From the human T2T-CHM13v2.0 reference genome, Homo sapiens, in NCBI RefSeq assembly GCF_009914755.1, contig NC_060947.1: DNA of 64,000 nt. The stretch is one strand, 5' to 3'. The translations under genes were made by a program, and so were the position numbers. Positions 1-16,769 of this stretch are shown one piece after another (position 1 is the first letter of the stretch; each line of letters opens with the position of its first letter). Under the pieces are notes generated by a model, which had not been told where the DNA came from, did not search any database, and worked only from the letters and a program-made list of their open reading frames with translations.

Positions 1-617
1 ATTTGATTTCATATGCTGAACCAGACTTGAATCCCAGAGATGAAGCCAACTTGATCGTGGTGGATAAGCTTTTCAATATGCTACTAGATTCTGTTTGCCA
101 GTATTTTACTGAGGATTTTTGCATTGATGTTCATAAGGGATATTGGCTTGAAGTTTTTTTGTTTTTGTTGTATCTCTGCCAGGTTTTGGGTATCAGGATG
201 ATGCTGGCCTCATAAAGTGGGTTAGGGAGGAGTCCCTTCTTTTCAGTTGTTTGGAATAGTTTCAGAAGAAGTGGTCCCAGCTCCTCTTTGTACCTCTGGG
301 TGAATTCAGTTGTAAATTTGTCTGGTCCTGGGCTTTTTTTGGTTAGTAGGCTATTTATTCCTGCCTCAATTTCAGAACTTGTTATTGGTCTATTCAGGGA
401 TTCAACTTCTTCCTGGTTCAGTCTTGAGGGTCTATGTGTCCAGGAATTTATCCATTTCTTCTAGATTTTCTAGTTCATTTGCATAGCGGTGTTTATAGTA
501 TTCTCTGGTAGTTTTTTGTATTTCTGTGGGGTCATTGGTGATATCCTCTATCATTTTTTATTGTGTCTATTTGATTATTCTGTCTTTTCTTCTTTATTAG
601 TCTAGCTAGTGGCCTAT

Positions 618-648
<31 letters not shown>

Positions 649-1656
649 TTTTATTTCAGAAAACCAGCTCCTGGATTCATGGACTTTTTGAAGGGTTTTT
701 CATGTCTGTATCTCCTTCAGTTCAACTCTGATCTTGGTTATTTCTTGTCTTCTGCCAGCTCTGGGGTTTGTTTGCTCTTGGTTCTCTAGTTCTTTTAGTT
801 GTGTTGTTAGGGTGTTAATTTGAGATCTTTGTAGCTTTTTGATGTGCACATTTAGTGCTACAAATTTCCCTTTTAACACTGCTTTTGCTGCGTCCCGGAG
901 ATTCTGGTACTTTGTATTTTTGTTCTCATTAGTTTCAAAGAACTTCTTGATTTCTGCCTTAATTTCATTATTTACCCAGGAGTCATTCAGGAGCAGGTTG
1001 TTCAGTTTCCATGTAGTTGTGTGGTTTTGAGTGAGTTTCTTAATCTCGAGTTCTAATTTGATTGTACTGTGGTCTGAGAGACTGTTATGATTTCAGTTCT
1101 TTTGCATTTGCTGGGGAGTGTTTTACTTCCAATTATGTGATCGACTTTAGAGTAAGTGCTACATGGCACCAAGAAAAATGTATATTCTGTTGTTTTTGGA
1201 TGGAGTGCTCTGTAGATATGTGTCAGGTCCACTTGGTCCAGAGCTGAATTCAAGTCCTGAATATCCTTGTTAGTTTTCTGTCTTGACAATCTGTCTAATA
1301 TTGACAGTGGGGTGTTAAAGTCTTCCACTATTATTGTGTGGGGGTCTAAGTCTCTTTGTAGATCTCTAAGAACTTCTTTTTATGAATCTGAGTGCTCCTG
1401 TATTCGGTGCATATATATTTAGGGTAGTTAGATCTCCTCGTTGAATTGAACTTTTACCATTGTGTAATGCCCTTCTTTGTCTTTTTTGATCTTTGTTGGT
1501 TTAAAGTCTGTTTTGTCAGAAGCTAGGATTGCAACCCTGCTTTCTTTCTGCTTTCATGAGCCTATGTGTGTCTTTGCATGTGAGATGGGTCTTTTGAATA
1601 CAGTACACTGATGGGTCTTGACTCTTATCCACCTTGCCATTCTGTGTCTTTTAATT
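1..1656 (-). mobile_element. Older L1PA-type LINE-1 ORF2 fragment (endonuclease region onward), continuing beyond the window start; L1 part of a U6/L1 chimera
   Basis: ORF 1053..1328 gives DFNTPLSILDR...HIIGSK (L1 EN). Sequence is collinear with the L1 at ~11130-12810. Internal (TTTA)n at ~616-655. Confidence 0.93.
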
Positions 1657-1763
1657 AAAAATACAGAATGCTTCATGAATTTGCATGTCATCTTTGCACA
1701 GGGGCCATGCTAATCTTCTCTATATCGTTCCAATTTTAGTATATGTGCTGCCAAAGTGAGCAC
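1657..1763 (-). pseudogene. Full-length U6 snRNA retro-pseudogene (107 nt)
   Basis: Reverse complement reads GTGCTCACTTTGGCAGCACATATACTAAAATTGGAACGATATAGAGAAGATTAGCATGGCCCCTGTGCAAAGATGACATGCAAATTCATGAAGCATTCTGTATTTTT, i.e. U6 with mostly CpG-type transitions. Confidence 0.97.
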
Positions 1764-2039
1764 AATCTTTTTTCATATTAATTTAAATGTGTAAAATGTA
1801 GTTATAAAGTTGGAGCATATGATCAAGCCTGAATGATCCTACTCAAAGTGCTAATCTGAAGTTTAAAAAAAAAAAAGGAATCTATGCCAGAATTTATTTA
1901 AATTGACAACAAATTACACATTATTTCATAGCAGGTTTTTTTTTTTATGAAAGTAGCAGTGAGCACATTGACATTATGATGCCAGCTTCTTATGTCTTTG
2001 TGGAATGGTAACAAGCAGTTTGCCACAGGTGACTGAACT

Positions 2040-3310
<1,271 letters not shown>

Positions 3311-3559
3311 TTTAAAACTATTTAATTGATATATGATTGATATATAAAAAAGCTCTATACATTTAATGTTAATGATAAGGGCATAAATATATCTATCACT
3401 TTCCAAAGAGTCCTCCCATCCCCTTTATTATCATTGTGTGTCTGTGTGTGTGTGTTTGTGTGTGTGTTAAGAACAATTAACATATCTACTGTCTTAGCAA
3501 AGTTTAGGTATATAATACATTATTGTTACCTATCGATATTATGCTGTATATTAGTGCAT

Positions 3560-4075
3560 TTGATAGGAAAAAAAACACAAGATGTTCTTCCTTCTCTCAA
3601 ATGCTCCATTCAACACAACACAGAACACTTTTTGTGGCCAAAATGTGTGGCTTTTTTCCCTAAACACCAAACTTTTCTGCAACAGACACCAACAGGGTGT
3701 CCTATAATTCAATTTGATTATGACACTCTCTACCTGGAATTAGAGTCAAATCCTACAGGTTAAGGGCTCAGTCCCACAAGATGGCCCCCCACTTCTAATG
3801 CCAGTTGAAAGCTCCAGATTGTTTTACACATGCTTCTGACCTACCAGCTAATAATCAGGGTTTTTCTAGACCCCTTCCTCAGGTACAATTAATTTGTTAG
3901 CATGACTCACAGAATTTAAGAAAACACTTACATTTACTGGTTTATTATATTAATAAAGGATATGACGAAGGGTATAGTTGAACATTGAGATGAAGACATA
4001 CATAGGGTGTGGACTGGAAGGTTCCTGAGTGAAGGAGCTTCTGTCCCCTTGTAGTTGGGGTGTGCCACCTTCCAG
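3560..4075. mobile_element. MER21-like LTR fragment
   Basis: Motif GGTTAAGGGCTCAGTCCCACAAGA; homologous to the element at ~44890-45750. Confidence 0.7.
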
Positions 4076-4079
4076 TAGT

Positions 4080-6540
4080 CTCTCCTGATCCATTGCATTT
4101 ATGTGCTATCAGCTGTAATGTCTCTTCCTTCGTTTCTGATTTTTTCGAGTCTACTCTCTTTTTTTCTAGTCTAGCTAAAGGTTTGTCAATTTGGTTTATC
4201 TTTTTGAGAAACCAACTCTTAGTTATCTGGTCATTTCGATTGTTTTTCTAGTCTCTATTTCATTTATTTCTGCTGTTATATTGATTATTTTCTTTTTTTC
4301 TAATCACTTTAGGCTTGATTTTTTCTTCTTTTTCTCTGTGAGTTATAAAGTTAGGTTGTTTATTTCAAATCTTTTGTTTTTCTTAATGTTGGCATTTATT
4401 GCTATAGACTTCTCTGTTATAATGGCTTTTGATGTATACTATAAGTTTGGTATATGATATTTTCATTTTTGTTTCTCTCAAGATAATTTTCATTTCCTTT
4501 TTTATTTAATCTTTGATTTATTGGTTTTTCAGGGGAATGCTGTTTAACTTCCATGTATTTGTGACTTTTCCAAGATTCCTCCTGTTGTTGATTTCTAGTT
4601 TTATATTGCTGATATAAGTATTATTATTGATTCTAGCTGATAACAAGTTTAATCACAGACAATAACTACACTTTTACTTCTCCACTGCCACATTTTAAGT
4701 TATTGATGTCACAATTTACATCATTCTGTATTGTGTGTTCATTAAAAAATTATTATGGCTAGAGTTATTTTTAATGCTTTTGTCTTTTAACTTTATACTA
4801 GAGTTGAAAGTGATTTATATAACATCATTACATTATTAGACTATTCTGAATTCAACTATATACTTATTTTTACTGGTGAGTTTTATACTTTCATATGTTT
4901 TAATGTTGTTAATTATCATCCTTTTGTTTCTAAACTTGAAGAACTCCCTTTAGCATTTGGTAAGGAAGGCCTATTGGTGATAAACTCCCTCAGCTTTTAT
5001 TTGTCTGGGAACATTTTTATTTATTTATTTATTTATTTTCATTTCTGAAGGACAACTTGCTGGACAAAGCATTCTTAGTTGGTAGTGTTTTTTTTTTCTT
5101 TCAGCCCTTTGAATGTATTATCCCACTCTCTCCTGGTCTGCAAGGTTTCTTCTAAGAAATCCCTTGTAATGTTATGGGGATTCCCTTTATGTGGTGAGTT
5201 GCTTTTCTCTTGCTGCTTACAAAATTCTCCTTGTCATTGACTTTTCGCAATTTGATCATAATGTGTCTCGGTGAATACCTTTTTATGTTCAATCTGTTTT
5301 GAGTTCTTTGGGCTTCAAAGATCTGGATATTAATTTCTCTCTCTAGATTTGGGAAGTTTTCTGTCATCATTTATTTAAATATGCTTTCTCTCCCTTTCTT
5401 TTTTTCTGCTCCTTGGCCTTTCATAATGCATCTATTGGTTCACTTGGTGGTCTTCCATAGTCCTGTAAGCATTCTTCACCCATTTCCATTCTTTTTTCTT
5501 TTCATTCTGTATACTGGATAATTTTAAACAATCTGTCTTTAAGTTTACTGACTTTTTTCCTGCATGATTAAGCATGTTGTTGAGCTATCTGTTGAATTGT
5601 TCAGTTCAGTTATTGTTCAGCTCCAGAATTTGTTTGGTTCTTTTGTATAGTTTCTATCTCTTTGTTAAATTTCTCATTCTGTTCATGTGTTTTTAAAATT
5701 TCATTTATTTATTTATCTGTGTTATGTTGTAGCTCACTGAGCTTTTCTAAGACAATTATTATAATTCTTATCAAGAAGTTCATTGATTTTCATTTCTTTG
5801 GCATCAGCCATTGGAGCTTTATTTTGTTCCTTTGGTGTCTCATGTGTCCTTGATTCTTCATTTCCCTTGAAGCCTTGTGTCTCTGTCTTCACATTTGAAG
5901 AAACAGTAACCTCCTCGAGGTAAAGATCTTCACAAGTGAGTCTGACTCAAGATTTTGGGGGATCTCTCAGATATTTTGTATGGATATATCTGCTCCAATC
6001 TTCTGAAGTCTTGGGATTGTGTACCTTCTCTTGATTTCACAATGCCATGCCAGCTGCTGAAAGCCTCCTAATTATTTTCTCTATGGCAGTGCAATCTTGA
6101 AGTGTCAAGATTGAGCATTTTCTCCAAATCTAGCAGAGTTGCAGTGGCTGGTCATATCTGTGTGCTGTCTATTGAGGCTCATGCACACTATCTGTGGGTG
6201 AATGCAGGGTCTCAGCTCTTGGGGAAGGAGCATGTGGACTAATGAGGGTGTATGTCAGCTAGTTGGAAGGTCCACAGGTGAAACATCCTATGAGGTTCAT
6301 GAGTGGAACTTTTGGTGGAATACACAAGCCAGTTCATAGGATCCGTCAGTTTCTGAGGAGGTCTCTTTTGGCCCTGAGCTCTGCCACCTTGGGCAGGTGG
6401 GTGGTGGGGGGTGACATGGGTATATGAAATTGTTCTACTTACCCTCTTCAATACATCTATTCCTAGGTTGTTTTTTTGTTTTTTTGTTTTTTTCTACAGC
6501 AGGGAGCTCGAAACTTTCAGCTGGATTCCTGGGCTCCCCT
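4080..6540 (-). mobile_element. Old L1M fragments (ORF1/5' region and part of ORF2)
   Basis: ORF 5152..5370 (ENFPNLEREINIQIFEAQRT...SPRHIMIKL) is ORF1-like; T-rich + strand. Confidence 0.75.
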
Positions 6541-6555
6541 AAATGTTTTCTCATC

Positions 6556-6980
6556 TGTCTCAGTCCATTTTATGTAGTGACAAAGAAATGCTTGAGGCTG
6601 AGTTATTTATAAAGGAAAGAGGTTTATTTGGCTCATGGTTCTGCAGGCTGTACGAAAAGCACAGCACCAGCATTTACTTCTGGTGATGGCCTCAGGCTGC
6701 TTCTACTCATGGCAGATGGTGAAGGGGAGTCAGGGTGTATAAAGATCACATGGTGAGAGAGAAAGTAAGAGAGAAAGGGAGGTGCCAGGCTCTTTTTAAC
6801 AACCAGCTCTCCTGGGATCTAGTAGAACAGGAACTCACTCACCCCCTCCCTGAGGGAGGGTATTAATCTTTTCATGAAAGATCTACTCCCATAACCAAAA
6901 CACTTCCCATTAGGCTCCACCTCCAAGATTAGGCATCAAATTTCAACATGAGCTTTTTAGGAACAAACATCCAAACTATA
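6556..6980. mobile_element. MaLR solo LTR (MST family)
   Basis: TG start; AAAGAGGTTTATTTGGCTCATGGTTCTGCAGGCTGTAC and CATTAGGCTCCACCTCCAA...CATCCAAACTATA are MST hallmarks. Confidence 0.85.
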
Positions 6981-9049
6981 AAGTTGTTTGTTAAGATCAA
7001 TGTATCTGTGGAGATACGGGGGCTGGATCCTCCTATTCTGCAATTGTGCATTGTGCTGATGTGTTCTCTACTTCCAAATTTCCGTAAATTGAGTCTCTCT
7101 CTCTGTATTTTTTTTGACAGTCTTGCTAGAGATTTGACAATTTTCATATCTTTTGGAGGGAGCAACTTCTGGTTTCATTCAAACTCTCTATTTCTTTTCT
7201 ATTCTCTATTGATTTTATCTCTGCTCCCATATTTACCCTACAGATCTGCAAAATACCAGAACTCATTATTTCTATCCAGCTATAATTCCGTATCCAGAAT
7301 TTTTATGTAGTGCTCTTTTACAACTTCTATCTCTATTGATATCCTCACTTTGTTGAGATAATAGTTCTCCAGGCTTCCTTTAGTTCTTTGTTCATTGTTT
7401 CCCTTAGCTCTTTGAGCATATTTAAGACAGTTTATTTAAAGCATAAAGTCTGCATTTAATGTGGCAAATATCTAGGCTTACTCAGGGTCTATAGCTATTA
7501 ATTTTTTTTCTTTCTGTGAATGAACCATACTTTCTTACTTTGTTTGTGCCTCTTTTTTGTTGAAAACTGGACATTTATATTATTATAATGTGGTAACCTT
7601 ATAAATCAGGTTATCTCTCCTCCTTGGGGTTTTTTGTTGCTATTTGTTGTAGGTTGTGATTTTTTGTTTGTTTGGTGATTTTTCTGATCTATTTTTAAAG
7701 ACTATATTCTTTGTCATTTTTGGTCCCTGAAATCTCTGTTCTGTTATCTCAGTGGTCACTTAGTAATTAAACATGTTTTTAAAAATATCTAAAGTTAAAA
7801 AAATGTTTTTAGTTATCCTACAATCTTTGTAGATTGGCTCTGTGTTGGTGCACTCTTTTGGTGCTTAGCTTGGCCATTTACATCTCTGCATAGACCTTCA
7901 CTTCCTCCTTGCTAGAGCCTAAAGTAAAGGTCAGTAAGAAGTGAAATCGTCAGGTTTTCTCCAGTGTTTTCTGAGCATGTATCTCTCCCATAGCTTTCTG
8001 TTTCCCTTCTATATACAGGGGCTTTTAAAAGCCCTTACTCCCCACATATCTCCTTCAGTAGCATTTTCCCCAAGGATTTTTGGTCTGTCTATGGCTTGTT
8101 CTATTATTTCTTGTCCTAGGAGGCTGCAGCCTGCATGTTTGCCTTTAAATGCTTTCAACAAAAGTTAAAAGGCTGGCAAAACAAACAAACAAACAAAACA
8201 AACAAACAAAAAACCACAATTCTGAGCTAACCCCTCTGGGAGCTTTCAGACAGATCAAAACACAAAACCACATTTATGTGAGAACAGCGTCCAAATTGCC
8301 TCTCTGGCTCCTAGCAAGCCACAACAGGAAAACAAGCAGCTGCCCCTATGGCAGCCTACCAGCTAGGTAGTGTAGGATGGTAGACAATAAGTTAAAATGC
8401 CATAATGCTCTCTCACTGAAATTTGGTGCCTTTTAAAAATTAAGTGTTCCCTTTCTTGTTGTAATTCCTAAATTATAATTTGTCTTCCAAAATATTTTAT
8501 TCTGACCATTTTTTCTTTAATGGATGAATGCAGTTTTGGAGTTTCTTCCTCTACCATTTTCAATGATCTCACTCACTTGAGAAATTTTAAACCTAAGCCT
8601 ACCAACACACAGAGATGAAATTCTATTTCACATTAATTGACTGGTCAAATGAATACTACATAGATAATTTTGAGGTCGCAAACAAGTAGTGAGCCTAGGT
8701 ACATTAGTGAAACAAGCAAATCCCTGGAATTACCTACCTTCACCTTAGGACATAAAGAAATCCTACAATTGAAATTTAAAGGAAAATAAGTACCTCATAG
8801 TTAAAAATCACAAAACACACTAATTTTTTTTCTTCCTTGTTTTAAATTATACTTTAAGTTTTAGGGTACATGTGCACAACGTGCAGGTTAGTTAAATATG
8901 TATACATGTGCCATGTTGGTGTGCTGCACCCATTAACTCGTCATTTAACATTAGGTATATCTCCTAATGCTATCCCTCCCCCCTCCCCCACCCCACAACA
9001 GGCCCCGGTGTGTGATGTTCCCCTTCCTGTGTCCATGTGTTCTCATTGT

Positions 9050-12870
<3,821 letters not shown>

Positions 12871-12933
12871 TATGATGTTAGCTGGTTATTTTGCTTGTTA
12901 GTTGATGCAGTTTCTTCCTAGCCTCGATGGTCT

Positions 12934-13950
12934 TTACAATTTGGCATGTTTTTGCAGTGGCTGGTACCAGTTGTTCCTTTCCATGTTTAGTGCTTCCTTC
13001 AGGAGCTCTTGTAGGGCAGGCCTGGTGGTGACAAAAATCTCTCAGCATTTGCTTGTCTGTAAAGGATTTTATTTCTCCTTCACATATGAAGCTTAGTTTG
13101 GCTGGATATGAAATTCTGGGTTGAAAATTCTTTTCTTTAAGAATGTTGAATATTGGCTCCCACTCTCTTCTGGCTTGTAGAGTTTCTGCTGGGAGATCCA
13201 CTGTTAGTCTGATGGGCTTCCCTTTGTGGTAACCCAACCTTTCTCTCTGGCTGCCCTTAACATTTTTTCCTTCATTTCAACTTTGGTGAATCTGACAATT
13301 ATGTGTCTTGGAGTTGCTCTTCTCGAGGAGTATCTTTGTGGCATCCTCTGTATTTCCTGAATTTGAATATTGGCCTGCCTTGCTGGATTGGAGAAGTTCT
13401 CCTGGATAATATCCTGCAGAGTGTTTTCCAACTTGGTTCCATTCTCCCCGTCAGTTTCAGGCACACCAATCAGACGTAGATTTGGTCTTTTCAAATAGTC
13501 CCATATTTCTTGGAGGCTTTGTTGGTTTCTTTTTATTCTTTTTTCTGTAAACTTCTCTTCTCACTTCATTTCATTCATTTGATCTTCCATCACTGATATC
13601 CTTTCTTCCTGTTGATCGAATCGGCTACTGAGGCTTGTGCATTCGTCACATAGTTCTCATGCCTTGGTTTTCAGCTCCATCAAGTCCTTTAAGGACTTCT
13701 CTGCATTGGTTATTCTAGTTAGCCATTCTTCTAATTTTTTTTCAAGGTTTTTAACTTCTTTGCCATGGGTTCAAACTTCCTCCTTTAGCTCAGAGTAGTT
13801 TGATCGTCTGAAGTCTTCTTCTCTCAAGTCGTCAAAGTCATTCTCCGTCCAGCTTTGTTCCATTGCTGGTGATGAGCTGCATTCCTTTGGAGGAGAAGAG
13901 GCACTCTGATTTTTAGAGTTTCCAGTTTTTCTGCTCTGTTTTTTCCCCAT
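12934..13950 (-). pseudogene. L1 ORF1p, frameshifted
   Basis: ATG at 13950 and TAA at 12934-12936. KRPNLRLIGVPE and PRISYPAKLSF lie in different frames. Confidence 0.93.
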
Positions 13951-14525
13951 CTTTGTGGTTTTATCTACCTTTGGTCTTTGATGATGGTGACGTACAGATG
14001 GGTTTTTGGTGTGGATGTCCTTTCTGTTTGTTAGTTTTCCTTCTAACAGTCAGGACCCTCAGCTGCAGGTGTGTTGGAGTTTACTGGAGGTCCACTCCAG
14101 ACCCTGTTTGCCTGCGTATCAGCAGCAGAGGCTGCAGAACAGCGGATATTGGTTAACAGCAAATGTTGGTGCCTGATCATTCCTCTGGAAGTTTTGTCTC
14201 AGAGGAGTACCCGGCCATGTGAGGTGTCAGTCTGCCCCTACTGGGGGGTGCCTCCCAGTTAGGCTACTCGGGGGTCAGGGACCCACTTGAGGAGGCAGTC
14301 TGTCCGTTCTCAGATCTCCAGCTGCGTGCTGGGAGAACCACTACTCTCTTCAAAGCTGTCAGACAGGGACATTTAAGTCTGCAGTGTTTTCTGCTGCCTT
14401 TTGTTTGGTTATGCCCTGCCCCCAGAGGTGGAGTCTACAGAGGCAGGCAGGCCTCCTTGAGCTGCAGTGGGCTCCACCCAGTTCCAGCTTCCAGGCCGCT
14501 TTGTTTACCTACTCAAGCCTCAGCA

Positions 14526-14984
14526 ATGGCGGGCGCCCCTCCCCCAGCCTCACCGCTGCTTTGCAGTTTCATCTCAGACTGCTGTGCTAGCAATGAGCAA
14601 GGCTCCGTGGGCATGGGACCCTCTGAGCCAGGCGCGGGATATAATCTCCTGGTGTGCCATTTGCTAAGACCATTTGAAAAGCGCAGTATTAGGGTGGGAG
14701 TGACCCGATATTCCAGGTGCTGTCTGTCACCCCTTTCTTTGACTAGGAAAGGGAATTCCCTAACCCCTTGCGCTTCCTGGATGAGGCGATGCCTCACCCT
14801 GCTTCAGCTCATGCTCGGTGTGCTGCACCCACTGTCCTGCACCCGCTGTCTGACACTCCCTGGTGAGATGCACCCGTTACCTCAGTTGGAAATGCAGAAA
14901 TCATTCGTCTTCTGCGTCGCTCACGCTGGGAGCTGTAGACTGGAGCTGTTCGTATTTGGCCATCTTGACTCCACACTAGAGTAA
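14526..14984 (+). other. L1 antisense ORF0, open for 152 codons; translation unproven
   Basis: gcaATGG start; MAGAPPPASPLLCSFISDCCASN... matches the primate L1 ORF0 N-terminus; first stop is TAA at 14982-14984. Confidence 0.75.
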
Positions 14985-16769
14985 ATTAAATTATAGGAAC
15001 AAGTTCCTGAAAAATCAACATTCCCAGGAACCTCATATTTTGGAATTTTTATAACATGTAATATAAAATATTGTAATAGGCTCCTAAGTGAAAATGCATT
15101 AAAATTATTAACAAGGTACCCACAAAAATTCCAAATATATTAGAAAAGTAAATATAAATAAACATTTTGCAAAGAAAAATGATATACTAATTGAAATGGG
15201 AAACATAAAGAGTATTAAAACCAAATAAAGAGGAGTTTCAGTGGAATTTAGAATTGAAATTTTTTCTGCAGTTAGCATTAAGATACAAAATATTTCAAGT
15301 AGAAGGGAAAGAGAGCATGAGGCAGAGGCACCTTTTGAAAAGACAATGGTTGAGGATTTTTAGAACTGTTGAAAGACAGAACCACATATTTAAAAACCCC
15401 AGTGAATCTCAAGCAACTTAATAAAAAGATACATACCCTTAACACATCATAGTAAAATTGTGTACAGTAAAGTCATACACAGGATATTAATAGGAGTTAG
15501 AGAAAAATAAATTGCCTTCAAAGTAATACCAATTATATACATGCAGCTGATAATCAATAGTAGTAGTAAAAACCAGAAAACAACCAAATTAAGTACTCAA
15601 TTTAAAAGAAACAAACCTGTCAATCTAGAATCCTACCTCCAGAGAATAAGAGGGGGAAAATGGTTAACATGAATCTAGCCTTGGCAGCTAACTCTTAGGT
15701 AACAGGAAATATACAGCAAGGAGTAACAGGTGAAAAAAATTATAAATATTCAATCAGACAAATCCCGAGTGTGGGACATTATGCAAAACAATCCACCTGG
15801 TAACTTAAAAAAGTCAATGTCACAAAAAAAGTTGAAGGGAATAACTGTTGTAGATTAGATAAGAGTTAAGAAATATATCAATAACTTCCTAGTCATCCAG
15901 GCAGCTAAAAAAAGAAATATATCAATAACTAATAGCTAATAGAATGTGTTATCTGTGATTGGAACATGGTTTTTAAAAGGAGCTATGAGCCACATTTTAG
16001 AGCAATTTGAAAAATTTAAATATGGAGTGTATTTCAAATGTAAGGAATTATAGTTAAACTTATTAAGGGGGTTATAATGATATTTAGTTATTTAAGAGAC
16101 TATTCTTATATTTTGAAGATGCAAAACAAATTATTTAGGGCTTACATATAATTTACTTTGAAGTGTTTAGACAAGATATAAAAATGATGAATAGCAAGAT
16201 ACAGATATAGTTATATATATCTCAAAATAGTAACAAATGAATCCAGGTGGGTATATAGGTGTTATTCTTTCTATTTTATGTATGGTCTAAAATGTTTATA
16301 ATTTTTAAAAAAATGAATAAAATGAGATTGAAATAAAACCACTTCATGCATGAAGAGCTGCTATTTGAAAGATAAAACCCAGGAATCTTTATCTTCCTAC
16401 TGAGTAGTAATTATGTGATCAGCACCATGCTAGACACTGGGTTAAATTGATAAAACACACAGACATAATTTGGTAGTGACCATGAAAATTAGAAGGGATC
16501 ATGGATTTCACTACTGTTTTTTATTGTTTCATTCTTCTTCTAGTGTAGCACTACCTTAAAGAGATCAAAATATGACATCAGACTTTATGTAACTGTTTGT
16601 CATGAAGCTACAACAATTAACTTGGTGATGAATTAAAAATAGAACAATGAAACAGACTAGAATACATTAACAGACCAAAATAGATAGAGATATTTAATGT
16701 AGGATAGAGATGGCATAACTGTGGGCAAAAGATGGATTGTTCAAAAAATGGTATTTGGAGAGTGATGAC

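Noticed and set aside
1657-1763. Functional U6 gene
   Set aside because: Fused to L1, ACAGAGA box mutated to ATAGAGA, many transitions, and no recognisable Pol III upstream elements.
8816-8822. CACACTA as TSD of the full-length L1 (second copy at 14972-14978)
   Set aside because: Only 7 bp and lacks the T-rich EN signature in the second copy; may be chance.
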